NCBI RefSeq assembly: GCF_028641065.1 | Contig: NC_073400.1 | Span: forward strand, 19,716,001 to 19,780,000 | DNA length: 64,000 nucleotides | From: Leucoraja erinacea | Lineage: Eukaryota | Direction of reading: 5' to 3' | Part shown: positions 11,400 through 25,092 of the stretch, piece by piece | Layout: the number at the start of each line of letters is the position of its first letter | Numbering within the stretch: the stretch's first letter is position 1 | Program-made: the position numbers and the translations under genes | Notes under the pieces: generated by a model | The model's input: the letters and a program-made list of their open reading frames with translations, nothing else | The model's database searches: none | Told to the model about the DNA's origin: nothing

Positions 11400-12269
11400 G
11401 AGTAGGGCCATGATGCCCGGTGTTGTGTATACAACAAACCCTTAATTATACCCGCCCACACTGCCCAATGTTATGTGCAGCGCACTTACACCCCCCCCCC
11501 CCCATCTCGTGCTGTGTACACCGACTCATTCCTCACTCCCAATTTTCACTGTCATGTACCCCAACCCTTTAATCACCCCCACTGTCCAGTACTGCGTGTA
11601 CATCAACGTGTTTGTAGGTAACGTGTTTATATAAAATTATACCTAATCTATAAACATCTGTGAATTCACCAATATCTGGTAACTAACCAACTGTCTTCCC
11701 CCTCCCCTCCCTCCTGTGCCCCACCTGGATACACACCCATTTTCTCTATCCCCTTCCACCTGTATTCCTTCCACTGGTTTCACATTTCAAGCTTCTTCCA
11801 TCCTTATCTCGCACATTTTGTCTTTTAATCTCTGGCATTTGTCCAGACATCTGCCAATCAAAATCCTCCTCAGTTGCACCCACCTATCACCTACCAGGCT
11901 TAGTCCCACCCTTACCTCTCCTCCAGCTTTCTCTCCCTCCCCCACTATAATCAGTCTGAAGAAGGGTCCCGACCCAAACGTTGGCTATCCATGTTCTCCA
12001 GAGATGCTGCCAGACCCGTGGAGTTAATCCAGCACTATTTGTCTTCTGTTAGCAGAACTAACAGGCTTGAGTTGTAGGCAGAGCCTGGATGTGCTGGGAC
12101 CTTTTACTTTACAGCTAGGGTTGACCTTTCAGAGGTGTACAAAATCACGAGGGGCATTGATAAAGTGAATACACAGTATTTTTCCGCCAGTGCAGAGCGT
12201 CCTGAACCAGAGGGTACAGACTGAGCGGGTAGATTTAAGAGGGTCATCAGGGGCAACCTTTTCACTCAA

Positions 12270-12910
12270 ACGGTATTAAAGTTCATTAAATAAAACAGAC
12301 AACTCACAATAAATTAGGTAAAACCAACACAAGCTTTACTGATCATTTAGCCGGCGAGTGCTAGGAGATACAAAGTCAAGCAAACAGCAGATACCTAACT
12401 CCTCCTAGGCCATCACTCTAATGAATGAAGACATACAGCATATTTTTATAGTATTTCGGAAACATAGTCACATGTTCATACAGAGTTGCAGCAATGACGT
12501 CTAACATATCAATCACAGCTCTACCCATTCAAAGCATGCTTGTCACTAATACAATACTTCTCATGCTATGGTTATATTGATCACAAACTTTAGTTACAAA
12601 ACCCCCAAATAACAGGAAGTTAGTCAAAGGCCTATCATCTGCAGTACCTTCTTAAACGATGTAAGGATCCTTATCAATTGCCTACAGACCAACGTTTCAG
12701 AAAGTTTATCCTCTCTCAGAACCTTTTCAGGAAGTACATCACCGCTCACCATTGTCAATATCTTTTGCTTGGGCACAACAGGAAGCAGTTTGAATGACAG
12801 TTTGAAAGCTGGCCTCCAATTTCCTGATTCCCACATCTCTACAGCCCCAAATTTCAAAGCTTTCATTTACTCAGAACCCAAAACCCAAAGAAGTCAAATT
12901 AATCTTTACT
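12270..12910 (-). mobile_element. Possible solo LTR
   Basis: On the minus strand a TATA-like ACTATAAAAATA (~12452) is followed ~110 nt later by AGTAAA. Interrupts CR1 debris. Termini and TSD not resolved. Confidence 0.3.
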
Positions 12911-14559
12911 TAATAAAATACATAAAATATTCCATAATTAACTAGGATATTATCATTGGTAGTCCATATCTGGAACGAGCTGCTATAAAAGGATGAAATA
13001 GAAGTGATATAATTATGACAGATATGAAAGGGTTTAGAGGAATATGGGCCAAATACAGACATGGGTCTGAAGAAGGGTCTTGAGGTGTAAGTTATGGGAA
13101 AAGGCAGGACAATGGGATCGAGAGGGAAAGATAGATCAGCCATAATTGAACGATAGAGTAGACTTGATGGACCAAATGGTATAATTCCGATCCTATGATT
13201 ACAAACATGAAAGAAAAAGTGTGAAAATGCAAACCGCCAGGTTCAAGAACAGTTTCTTTCCAGCTGTTATCAGGCAACTAAATTGTACTCTCATCAGTTA
13301 GAGTGCAGTTTTGACCTCCCATCTACTTCATTGGAGACCATTGAACAATCTTTTAATTGGACTTTATCGGAGTTCAATATTATATCTTTGCACTCAATGT
13401 TGTAACCTTATCCCCTGTGCACTGGGGAAGGTCTAGTTTAGTTTATTATTGTCACATGTGCAGGAATACAGTGAAAGGTTTTGTTGCATGTTATCCAGTC
13501 AAAGATTACGATCATGCCATCCACAATACAGATAAAGGATAAAGGGTACACATTGAGTGGAAGATAACGTCCAATTAAAGATTGCTTGATTGTATTCATG
13601 TATTGTCTTCTCTTTGACTGGATAACATAAAAACACAAGTTTTTCACTGTACTTTGGTACACATGACAATAATACACTAAACTAATTATTGGGTAAGTTA
13701 ACATCAGACATGTGCAAGCAGTTAAAGACCAGATGATCGAGGTTCAGAACCAGTAAAGAGTCATAGAGTCATACAGTGTGGAAACAGGCCCTTCAGCCCA
13801 ACTTGCCAACAATGTCCCAGCTACACTAGTCACACTTGCCTGCACTTGGTCCATAGGAAAGTGGCCCTGAAGGGAAGATCAGCCTGAATCATATTGAAGG
13901 GCAGAGCTAGCAGGAGTCTGGGTGAAATGAGCAGGTAGTCGCCGTGGAATGGGTTGTGAAAGCGGCTGTTCATGGGCTGGATCTTCATCTTCCACAGAAT
14001 GTAGGTGAGGCTGCAGAGGGGGAGAAGTGGAGACTCGCTGGTCTAGTCCCATGGATGCTGCGTGTCTCAGGGGAGGTGGGACGGATGGGACTGGGACTGG
14101 ATTATCCCGAGTTCAGAGTGAACTGGGATATTAGATTGCACACTGTGTGAGTGGCAGCGTTCCCCATGTAAGGGGTAATATTCGGAGGAGTAGTGGCAAG
14201 TAGCAATCAGGATGAACTGTGGACCAATAAGGGGATAACAGTGAATGTAATGGCGGTGTGCAGTGGGTTGTTTGGGATGGGGGTGTATGGGGTGGTTTGG
14301 GTAAGGGGTGGCGATGATCGAGTGGGGGTAACGATGGAATGGTGGGGTATCGGGTGGTGTGTTTGGGACTGGGGATGGTGTAGGGATGATGGTGTTTGGG
14401 GTGGGGGGATTTGGGGTGAGGTGTATGGAGAATCGTTGATCACAGGTACTCGCAGAGAATCATTGACCGACAGGAAACCCTCTTCTGGCCACCGTGTGAG
14501 TTGCAACAGCCAGTGCCACCAGGTAACGTCCTTTTCATCGTCTTCACAGTGAGGAAGGT

Positions 14560-15750
14560 GGGTGTGGGTGTCAGAAGTCACTCATCACAGCCCCAGGACG
14601 TCACTGCAGTAGTTCCTCAGGACAGTGTCCTGGGTCCAACCATCTTCAGCTGCTTCATCAATGCCCTTCCTTCCATCCCAAGGTCAGAAGTGGAGATGTT
14701 CACCCAAACAACATTCAGGCATGGGCTGATGTGGCAAGTAACATTTGCACCACACGAGTGCCAGGCGATGACAATCTCCAACAAGAGAGAGTCTGAACCC
14801 CTGACATTCCAATCGTCCAGACATTCCTACCAACATCCTGGGGCCACGACTGATCAGAAACTGCAGTGGACCAGACACATAAACACCATGGCAACAGGAG
14901 CAGGTTCAAGGTTAGGTCTCCTGTGGGGAGTGACTCACCTATGACACCCCAAGGCTTTTCTCTCATCTACAGGGCACAAGCCAGGCATGTGATGAGACAA
15001 AATGTGCAGGAAAGAACTCCAGATGCTGGTTTAAATCAAAGGTAGACACAAAATTCTGGAGTAACTCAGCGGGACATGCAGCATCTCTGGTGAGAAGGAA
15101 TGGGTCTGAAGAAGGATCTCGATACAAAATGGCACCTATTCCTCCTCTCCAGAGATGCTGCCTGTCCTGCTGAGTTACTCCAGCATTTTGCATCTACCAT
15201 GTGATGGGACACTCTCCACTTGTCTGGGTGAGTGGATCCAACAGCTGTTGAGAAGCGCAACACCATCCAGGATAAAACAGCCACTTGATCGGCTCTCCAT
15301 GTCATGGTGAACACTCACTCCACCTTAAACATCGCTCCATCCACCCGCCTATTAAACATTCTCTCCCTCCATACTGCCCGAAGCAGTCACTCCCTCCCTC
15401 CACTGCTGCACAGTGGCAACACTATGCACCATCCACAAAATACACTGGTTACTCACCAAGACTACTTCAATAGAAATTTCCAACCTCACCACCTCTACCA
15501 GCAAGGAGAAGGACAGCAGAGAAACACCACCACCTGCAGGTTCCCCTCTAAGCCCCATACCACCCCGACTGGGAAATATATCACCAGTCCTTTATGGTCA
15601 CTCTGTCTTAATTTTTACAACTCCCTTGCTAAAAGCAATGTGGGAATATCGTCACCACGATTACAGTGAATCAAGACAGCCCAACCCGCCTTCTCAAAGG
15701 CAACTAGGGATTGGCAACAAATCTGGGCGTGACCGTGACCATCACATCCT
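14560..15750 (+). mobile_element. Old degenerate CR1-group LINE 3' part with a nested SINE-like insert (~15003-15190)
   Basis: VPQDSVLGPTIFSCFINALPS and WQVTFAPHECQAM peptides in broken frames. Confidence 0.7.
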
Positions 15751-15965
15751 GTAAAATGAAGAAAGAAAAAATCCTCCTTAAATCTCTAAACCGCTCCAGC
15801 ACCTTCACCTCACCTATCTCTGAAAGCTTCTCCAGTCCCTACATCTCTCCCCAACTCTATGACCCTCCCAGAACACCACCCCTACCTCTACTACGGGCGT
15901 AATGAGAATGCATTAGAAAAGGCCTTTGAGGGATTATATATTTTTTAATTTAAAAAATAAAATAA

Positions 15966-18212
15966 ATTTTTATTAGAAGCATATACATATCATAAACAAA
16001 ACACGATTTGTTTACCAGTTACATATTCCATACAGCTTCTATTTTTTAATTAAAATTTTTGAAAGATAGAGCTATAGAGAAAAAAAATAAGGGAAGAGAA
16101 AAAGGAAACTTTTTAAGCTAATAGTTTAATAGGAGGGAGAAAAAATAAATAAAAAAGATTACCAATAACACAATTTTGGAGATAGGTCCGTAGATTATAG
16201 AGTGTAATTATTCATCCAGTCCTGGATTCAAGTTTCAGTCCAGCTTCCGTGTTGAACCAATTTACCCTTTTAGAAAATCAATAAATGGAGACCATATTCT
16301 AGTAAATAGTTCAGATTTGTCAATTAAGACAAGTCTAATTTTTTTCCACGTGTAAAGTCTCAGACATTTCCGTAATCCACATTTTAATTGTGGGGGCTGT
16401 TGGATTTTTCCAAAATTTTAATATTAATTTTTTCCCAATTATTATACTATAATCAAGGAAATTTATTTGATTTATTGTAAGTTTTATGCTTTGTTCTGAT
16501 ATACCTAATATTATTAGTTTTGGGTCAGGATCCAATTGGATATTAACTTCAGAAATAATTTTAAAAATATCCATCCAAAAATGTTTAATTTTTATGCAGT
16601 TTACAAAATTATGAGTTAGATTAGCTTCTAAGTATTGACATTTGTCACAGATAGGAGAGATATTTGGAAAAATTCTGTTTAATTTTGTTTTAGCATAGTG
16701 CAGTCTATGTAGTACTTTATATTATTAAAGAGTGTTGATGTATATGTTGTAAACTTTCATCCCATATATCTTTCATTTTGGGTTGAGCCAATTCATTTTC
16801 CCATGCTTGTCTATGTAGTTCCGTCGACAGGACCTCACTATCTAAAAGGATATTATAGATGTGAGATATTAATTTATCTGTATTGGAATGTTTATTCAAA
16901 CATTCGTCAAGGATTTCTGGTTGCCTAATTCTATATTCTTGTGCATGTGATTTAACATAATCTCTAAGTTGTAAATATCTAAAAAAATAATTTGAGTGTA
17001 GTCCATAATTCTGTAGTAGCTCCTGAAATGAAAGAAAAATACCTTTTCGATAAAGGTGTCCCACCTTTTTAATTCCATGGTTTTTCCATTGTACAAAACC
17101 TTTATCCAACACAGCAGGTTTAAATGAAGGGTTATTTACAATGGGGAGAAGGAGTGATAAATTATCCAATTTTAAGGTTATTTTTAATTGTTTCAAGTTC
17201 GTATACCATTATATATTATCAGATTTTCACTATGTTTTTTTATTCAATTTTGTAGGGGTTAACAAGACCGAGCCAATTTCAAAAGGTAAACAATCTTCCT
17301 TTTCCATCTTTAACCAATCTGGTTGTTGATCCATATCTTCCAACCAGAAGATCATATTTTTAATATTAACTGCCCAAAAATAAAATGTTTCGTAAGACTA
17401 ATCCTCCATTCATCTTGGGTTCACATACGTGTTTTTTTACTTATTCTATGGTTCTTGGAGTCCCAAATAAAGCTTGTAACAATATAGTCAAGTTTAAAAA
17501 AAAAAAAAAAAAAAATTGGGAGATATATCGGAATTGATTGAAATAAGTACAGTAATTGTGGAAGGAAAATTATTTTTATGGCGTTAATTCTACCAAGCAT
17601 TGAGATGGGGAGTGTTTTCCAATACTGAATATTCTTATGTAGTTTATTAAGTAAAGGAGGAAATTTTAATTTAAATATAGAAGTATATTTCTTAGTCACA
17701 TAAATTCCAAGATATTAAAATTTTTCATAGACTATTTTAAAAGGAGATTGTTGCAATGTATGTGGGTTTAGTTCCGTTATTGACATAATTTCACTTTAAT
17801 TCCAATTAATTCTATATCCCGAGAATGAGCCAAATTGAGTTAAAAGACTTAGTAAATTTGGAATACTAGTTTCTGGGTTTGTGATGTATTATAATACATC
17901 ATCTGCGTATAAAGAAATGTTATTAACTGGAGCTTTAGTATAATACCCATAGATTTCTGGGTGGGCTCTAACATTTTCTGCTAGTGGTTCAATAGCTAGG
18001 GCAAATAGTAATGGAGATAATGGGCATCCTTGTCTACAACCTCTAGACAGATTGAATTTGGGTGATAACATTTGACTTGTCAATATTCTAGCTGTTGGGT
18101 TAGTATACCCAGGAGTTTAACCCATGTACAAAACTTCTCACCCAGCTGAAAAATTTCCATCACAAAAAAAAGATGGGGCCATTCCACCTGATTAAATGCT
18201 TTTTCAGCATTT
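15966..18212 (-). mobile_element. L1-clade LINE, 5'-truncated ORF2 and 3' UTR
   Basis: RGCRQGCPLSPLLFALAIEPLA, ISLYADDVL, LGRINAIKIIFLPQLLYLFQSIP, a C-terminal Cys/His knuckle (CDKC...THNFVNC), and AATAAA plus A-rich tail near 15970. Confidence 0.92.
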
Positions 18213-18455
18213 ATTTTTTTCAGATTTTATTATTTAAAAATAAATAGATTTAAGCAGTAAAAATCTGAATGAACAGGAAATGTAAAGACTGGCAAGTCGG
18301 GCAGCACCTGCAGGGAGAGATTCAGATGGAATGATTGGGACCTGGTAAAATAAATCTGTATCTGTAAGACACCCCTGCCATGGAGAAGGATTTCCTCAAA
18401 TCTACACCTCTCATAATTTTGTAAACTTCTCAAATGAATTTAAAAAAAAAATGAA

Positions 18456-20195
18456 ACTAATCTAAATAATAAAACAACTGTTTGTTATTTTTCAGAACTC
18501 ACAATCCATTCCAAAGATTTCAATGGGAGTGCTGAACTTTGGCCAGGTTTAGCCTTGAGTGGTGGAAAACTGTTCTGTCTCGATGGATTCTACCGTAACA
18601 GCACTAGGATGGATCTAATTAGCAGAAGCAAGTCAGGAGATGCAATAACAACACTGGACGTTGGAGTTAATCAAATAAGTGCTGACATAGAGGTGGAAGG
18701 CATGATATGTGTGGAAGAGTACAGAGAATTTTAAGTGTGTTTCAAAGTCATGACCTTTGTTGACTTCAAACATTAATAAAAGATTGATTAGAATTAAAGA
18801 TTAATAGAAGAAAGGTAGAATTCTCAGATTACAATTAATGTTCAAATATTCTTCACAAATACTTTGTACAGATGTACATTGCATTCAGAAAGTAATCAGA
18901 CCCCTTCACTTTTTCCGCATTTTGATAGGTTATAGCCTTATTCTAACATGGATTAAATTCTTTCTTTTTTTTTTAAAATCATCAATCTACACACAATACC
19001 CCATAATAAAAAAAAGCAAAAACAAGTGTTTAGAAATTTTTACAAAGTAATTAAAAAGAAATAACTGAAATATCCCATTTACACGAGTATTTAGATCCTT
19101 TATTCAGTACTTTGTTGAGGCACCTTTGGCAGCGATTACAGCCTCAAGTCTTCTTGGATATGATGCTACAAGCTTGGCACACTTGTATTTGGGTAATTTC
19201 TCCCATTCTTCTCTGCAGATCCTCTCAAGCTCTGTCAGGTTGGATGGGGAGCATCGATGCACAGCTATTTTCAGGTCCCTCCAGAGATGTTCAATCGGGT
19301 TCAAGTCCAAGCACCCGACCGCAGGGTTCGATTACCCGAGGGCACCAGCAGGTGCCGCTACACTAATCTAAATAATAAAATAACTTGTTTTTCAGAACAC
19401 ACAATCCATCCCAAACATTTCAATGGGAGTGCTGAACTTTGGCCAGGTTTAGCCTTGAGCAGTGGGAAACTGTTCTGTCTCGATGGATTCCATCGTAACA
19501 GCACTAGGATGGCTCTAACTAGCAGAAGCAATGCAGGAGATGCCAATAACAACACTGGAAGTTGGAGCTAATCAAATGTGCTGACAGAGGTGGAAGGCAT
19601 GATATGTGTGGAAGAGTACAAAGAATTTTAAGTATGTTTCAAACTCATGACCTTTGTTGACTTCAAACATTAATAAAAGATTGATTAGAATTAAAGATTA
19701 GTAGAAGAAAGGTAGAATTCTCAGATTACAATTAATTTAATGTTCAAATATTCTTCACAAATACTTTGTACAGATATACAGTGCATTCAGAAAGTATTCA
19801 GACCCCTTCTCTTTTTCCACATTTTGATACATTACAGCCTTATTCTAAAATTGATTCAATTATTTTTTTATCATCAATCTACACACAATACTGTAATTAA
19901 AAAAAGCAAAAACAAGTGTTTAGAAATGTTTGCAAAGTAATTAAAAAGAAATAACTGAAATATCACATTTACATCAGTATTCAGACCCTTTAGTACTTTG
20001 TTGAGGCACCTTTGGCAGCAATTACAGCCTCAAGTCTTCTTGGATATGATGCTACAAGCTTGGCACACCTGAATTTGGGTAATTTTTCCTATTCTTCTCT
20101 GCAGATCCTCTTAAGCTCTGTCAGGTTGGATGGGGAGCATCGATGACCAGCTATTTTCAGGTCCCTCCAGAGATGTTCAATCGGGTTCAAGTCCA
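18456..20195. repeat. Tandem duplication (~850-bp units 18456-19309 and 19362-~20195) covering flank plus Tc1 end, separated by a 52-bp GC-rich filler
   Basis: Both units start actaatctaaataataaaa and run to ttcaatcgggttcaagtcca. Confidence 0.9.
18877..19309 (-). mobile_element. Tc1 transposon 3'-end duplicate
   Basis: TA|CATTGCATTCAGAAAG terminus. Transposase C-terminus DLNPIEHLWRDLK...AAKGASTKY. Confidence 0.9.
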
Positions 20196-21162
20196 GGCTC
20201 TGGCTGGGCCACTCAAGAACATTCACATTCTTGTCAGTAAAAGCCATTCCTGCATTGTCTTGGCTGTGTGCTTAGGGTTGTTGTCCTGTTGGAAGGTGAA
20301 CCTCCACCCCAGTCTGAGGTCTAGAACACTCTGGAACAGGTTTTCATCAAGGTTTTCTCTGTACTTAGCTCCCTTTTCTTTTCCCTGATCCCGACTAGTC
20401 TCCCAGTACCTGCCGCTGAAAAACATCCCTACAGCATGATGCTGCCACCACCATGCTTCACCGTAGGTATGGTATTGGCCAGGTGATGAGTTCCTGAGTT
20501 CCTCCATATGTGACGCTTGGCATTCAGGTCAAATAGTTTGGTTTCATCAGACCAGAGCACCAGAGAAAACAACCCTTTTAGCAAACTACAAGTGGGCTGT
20601 CACGTGCCTTTTACTGAGAAGTGGCTTCCGTCCGGCCACTCTACCATAAAGGCCTGACTGGTGGTGTGCCACAGATATAGTTGTCCTTCCGGAAGGTTCT
20701 CCCATCTATACAGGGGAAATCTGCAGTTCTGTCAGAGTGACCATCAGGTTCTTGGTCACCTCCCTGACCAAGGCCCTGCTCCCCCGATTGCTCAGTTTGG
20801 CTGGGCGACCAGCTCCATTAAGAGTCCTGGTGGTTCCAAAGTTCTTCCATTTAAGAATGACGGAGACCACTGTGCTCTTCGGGACCTGCATTACTGCAGA
20901 AATTGTTTTATACCCTTCCCCAGATCTACCCTTCCCTCGACACAATCCTGTCTCAGGTGTCTACGAACAATTCCTTTGTCTTCATGGCTTAGTTTTTACT
21001 CTGACTTGCACTGTCCACTGTGGGACCTTATATCGACAGGTGTGTGCCTTTCCAAATCATGTCCAATCAATTTAATTTACCACTGGTTGACTCCAATCAA
21101 GTTGTAGAAACAATTCAAGGATAATCAATGGAAACAGGATGAACCTAAGCTCAATTTTGAGT
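19779..21162 (-). mobile_element. Tc1/mariner (DD34E-type) transposon, defective, second TIR truncated
   Basis: TA|CAGTGCATTCAGAAAGTATTCAGACCCC terminus. Peptides GEGYKTIS...GRPAKLS (paired-like HTH, GRP motif) and FQQDNNPKHTAK, with frameshifts. Confidence 0.93.
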
Positions 21163-21402
21163 GGGAACATCAGAGGATATACGGTCAGTAACACAGAGCA
21201 CAGCGTTGATACGGTTACAAACCACAGTCAGGGACAGAGAGTCTGGGAGACTGGAGGGAACGGGTCTGGATGTGGGGTCACCACAGGTCACTGCAGAACC
21301 CTTGGTGTTGAACATGGCTCCTCCTCACCGGGTCAGTGGGAAAAGGACAGAGGTTCCAGTGGAAGGGATACTCATCCCCATCATCCTCCCTCTGCACTGG
21401 AG

Positions 21403-23143
21403 ATAGAAACATAGAAAATGGGTGCAGGAGGAGGCCATTCAGCCCTTCGAGCCAGCACCGCCATTCATTGTGATCATGGCTGATCGTCCCCAATCAATAA
21501 CCTGTGCCTTCTCCCCATATTCCTTGACTCCACTAGCCCCTAGAGCTCTATCTAACTCTCTCTTAAATCCATCCAGTGACTTGGCCCCCACTGCCCTCTG
21601 TGGCAGGGAATTCCATAAATTCACAACTCTCTATGTGAAAAAGTTTTTTCTCACCTCAGTCTTAAATTACCTCCCCTTTATTCTAAGATTGTGGCCCCTG
21701 GTTCTGGACTCACCCAACATTGGGACCATTTTTCCTGCATCTAGCTTGTCCAGTCCTTTTATAATGTTATATGTTTCTATAAGAACCCCCCTCATCCTTC
21801 TAAACTCCAGTGAATACAAGCTTAGCCTTTTCAATCTTTCCTCATAGTCCCACCATCCCAGGGATCAATCTCGTGAACCTACGCTGCACTGCTTCAATCA
21901 CAAGGATGTCCTTCCTCAAATTAGGAGACCAAAACTATACACAATACTCCAGATGTGGTCTCATCAGTGCGCTATACAACTGCAGAAGAACCTCTTTACT
22001 CCTATACTGAAATCCTTTTGTTATGAAAGCTAATTCCATTAGCTTTCTTCACTGCCTGCTGTACCTGCACGCCAACTTTCAGTGACCGGTGTACAAGGAC
22101 ACCCAGGTCTCGCTGTACCTCCCCCTTACCTAACCTAACTCCATTGAGATAATAATCTGTCCCCTTGTTTTTGCCACCAAAGTGGATAACCTCACATTTA
22201 TCTATATTATACTGCATCTGCCACGCATCTGCCCACTCACTCAACCTGTCCAGGTCACCCTGCAACCTCCTAACATCCTCTTCACAGCTCACTCTGCCAC
22301 CCAGCTTTGTGTCATCCGCAAACTTGCTAGTGTTGCTCCTAATTCCCTCTTCCAAGTCATTAATATGTATGGTAAACAGTTACGGCCCCAACACCGAGCC
22401 TTGCGGCACTCCACTCGCCACCGCATTCTGAAAAGGACCCGTTCACTCCTACTCTTTGCTTCCGGTCTGCCAACCAATTTTCTATCCATGCCAACACCCT
22501 ACCCCTAATATCATGTGCTCTAATTTTAGTCACCAGTCTCCCGTGCGGGACCTTATCAAAGGCTTTCTGAAAGTCTAGATACACTACATCCACCTCCAGT
22601 TTAAATTCCATTTGGAATATTTTGGAGGACCAAGAAACCAAGAACCCCATCATCCATTTTACTTGTCACATCCTCAAAAAATTCCAGAAGATTAGTCAAA
22701 CATGATTTCCCTTTCGTAAATCCATGTTGACTTGGACTAATCCTTTTACTGCTATCCAAATGCCCCATTATTACCTCGTTAATAATTGACTCCAGCATCT
22801 TTCCCACCACCGAAGTCAGGCTAACTGGTCTGTAATTCTCCATTTTCTCTTCCGCTCCTTTCTTGAAAAGTGGGATAACATTAGCTATCCTCCAATCCAC
22901 AGGAACTGATCCTGAATCTATTGAACATTGGAAAATGATCACCAATGCGTCCACTATTTCTAGAGCCACCTCCCTGAGGACCCTGGGATGCAGACCATCA
23001 GGTCCAGGGGATTTATCATCCTTCAGTCCCATTAGCCTACCCAATACAATTTCTCGCCTAATGAAAATTTATTTAAGTTCCGCTACCCCCTTACATCCTC
23101 TGTCCTCCAGTACATCTGGGAGATTGTTTGTGTCTTCCTTAGT
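21403..23143 (-). mobile_element. CR1 LINE, 5'-truncated, inserted just downstream of the gene B stop codon
   Basis: ORFs 22601..23044, 22360..22653 and 22002..22355 carry CR1 RT motifs. Tail atagaaacatagaaa at 21403. Confidence 0.95.
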
Positions 23144-23229
23144 GATGGGCGTCGTTTCCCAGTAACTGGGCATGTGCAGAGGCACTTTCTGTAAAACGGA
23201 GGCAGCAGGTGTCTTTGAGCTGGGGTCTC

Positions 23230-23524
23230 TCACAGAGGGTGTCTGAACTGGAATCTCTCTCTGGGGCTGTCTGAGCTGGAGTCTCTCATGGGGTGTGTGA
23301 GTTGGTCTATCATGGGGAAACTGTGAGCTGGGGTCAACTCAGGGGATGTCTGTGAGCTGGAGTCAACTCTCAAGGGGTATCTGTGAGCTGGGGTCAACTC
23401 AGGGGATGTCTGTGAGCTGGAGTCAACTCTCATGGGGTTTTTGTGAGTTGGAGTCGTTCTGTCAGGGGGTGTCTGTGACCTGCGAACATCCAATCGGATC
23501 CTTTCTTCACTCGCTTCATCATGC
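23230..23524 (-). CDS. Gene B exon 6 (last): Ser/Thr/Pro-rich repetitive cytoplasmic tail
   Basis: Acceptor CTCTGCTCTGTCCTATAG. Phase-2 entry matches exon 5 and opens the long frame (Q)HDEASEERIRLDV...RHPL*. Confidence 0.7.
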
Positions 23525-23754
23525 CTATAGGACAGAGCAGAGGTGAGATTAGTGAGTGCCCATTGATAGATATTTCCCAGTCTTTCCAATCCAACCCCTC
23601 TTCCCACACAAAGCAGCACCTTCATACCCATTGACCCCGACGCTCCCTGTCCCACTCGGCCCATGCACCGCCAGATTTCACCCTCGCGAGCCTGTCCATT
23701 CAGAACCACAAACATGAAACACAACCCTTCCCCAACCTCACAAATGGCCTTTGT

Positions 23755-24365
23755 GGGGACAGTGTACCCCAGTAACTGAGTGTGTGGGGACAGTGTACCC
23801 CAGTAACTGGATGTGTAGGGGACAGTGTACCCCAGTAACAGGGTGTATGGGGACAGTGTATCTCAGGAACAGGGTGTGCTTGGAATGAATGAAGTTGCAG
23901 AGAATTAAATCTTGCCTGGTCAATCACAAAACTGAGCTCCGAACCATCAAAGGGATCTCCAGGGAGCACTGCGTTAGGAAGGCATCTCATATGATCAAGA
24001 TCCACAGTCTCATTCTCATTGCTACCATCAAGATGAAGGTACAACAGTCTGAGAACTGTGTGATAGCTTCCAGGAACAGCTTCTTCCCATCCACCACCTG
24101 AATCTTGAACCACCCTGCACAACACTAACGCAACATTTTTTATTATACCTTAATTTGTTGTGTTGTGCATTTAATGTGCCTGTAAAGCTGAAGCAAATCC
24201 GAATTTCATTGTTCCAAACCTGGACAATTAAACATTGGAATCTCGAGTGGGGACGGTGTAACTGGGTGCGTGGCAGACAGTGTACCCCAGTAACTGGGGG
24301 TGTGTGGAGACAGTGTACCCCAGTAACTGGGGGTGTGTGGAGCCAGTTTACCCCAGTAAATGGGT
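23755..24365. repeat. 31-32-bp minisatellite (gggacagtgtaccccagtaactgggtgtgtg), split by a LINE-derived insert (~23885-24245)
   Basis: Four units at 23755-23880 and about 3-4 units at 24250-24365. Confidence 0.8.
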
Positions 24366-24703
24366 CTCTCTATTCTGGGATACTCCTGGTGAGGATGTGG
24401 GGATGATTTATCGTGTTACTGTGCCTCAGAGGGCGGTGGAGGCAGGTTATCTGGATGCTTTCAAGAGAGAGCTAGATAGGGCTCTTAAAAATAGTGGAGT
24501 CAGGGGATATGGTGAGAAGGCAAGAACGGGGTACTGATTGGGGATGATCAGCCATGATCACATTAAATGGCAGTGCTGGTGTGAAGAGCCGAATGGCTTA
24601 CCCCTGCACCTATTGCCTATTGTCTACTGCTCTGCCATCTCCCACTCCGGGCTGCCAGTTTGATCTCCAGCAATCCTCTGCTGAGGACCATTCTGCTACT
24701 TAC

Positions 24704-24758
24704 TGTTTGTCGGCATTGTTGTGAGCATTCTTGATGATTGTTCCTGGTTTCAGCAACA
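24704..24758 (-). CDS. Gene B exon 5: 55-nt cytoplasmic exon (L)LLKPGTIIKNAHNNADK(Q), phase 1-2
   Basis: Strong acceptor TATTCTCTCTCCACAG and donor A|GTAAGT. It exactly bridges the phases of exons 4 and 6. Confidence 0.78.
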
Positions 24759-25092
24759 CTGTGGAGAGAGAATACAGGTGACGAGGCGCTGTTCAGTGAA
24801 CTGCTCCCTGGAACCCTCACCCCTCTGAACCTCCTTTCTATTCTACAATCCCCTCACAGCTGCCACACCCCTGACCCCTACCACCTCCTCCTCCAGCCCC
24901 TCCCACATCCTTCTATCCATTCCCTTTTTCTCCCCATTGCCTTCTATACTCACCACTGCCCCCGCTTCTCACACATCGCCTTCATCTCCCCCATCCTCTT
25001 AACCACACCCTCTCTCCCAGCTCCTCCCACCACTTGCTATTCTCTCCCCTGGTGACTGACCCCACACTCCCCTGATCGGAGCAGACACTCAC

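Noticed and set aside
13879-14010. Minus-strand acceptor (CTTCTCCCCCTCTGCAG) followed by PHLHSVEDEDPAHEQPLSQPIPRRLP...*, resembling a terminal cytoplasmic exon
   Set aside because: No compatible upstream phase-0 donor was found, gene B already terminates at 23230, and the end of the frame is CR1 3'-UTR debris. Worth revisiting only with RNA-seq.
23755-24365. CRISPR-like ~31-bp repeats
   Set aside because: Head-to-tail minisatellite with no unique spacers, in a eukaryotic intron.
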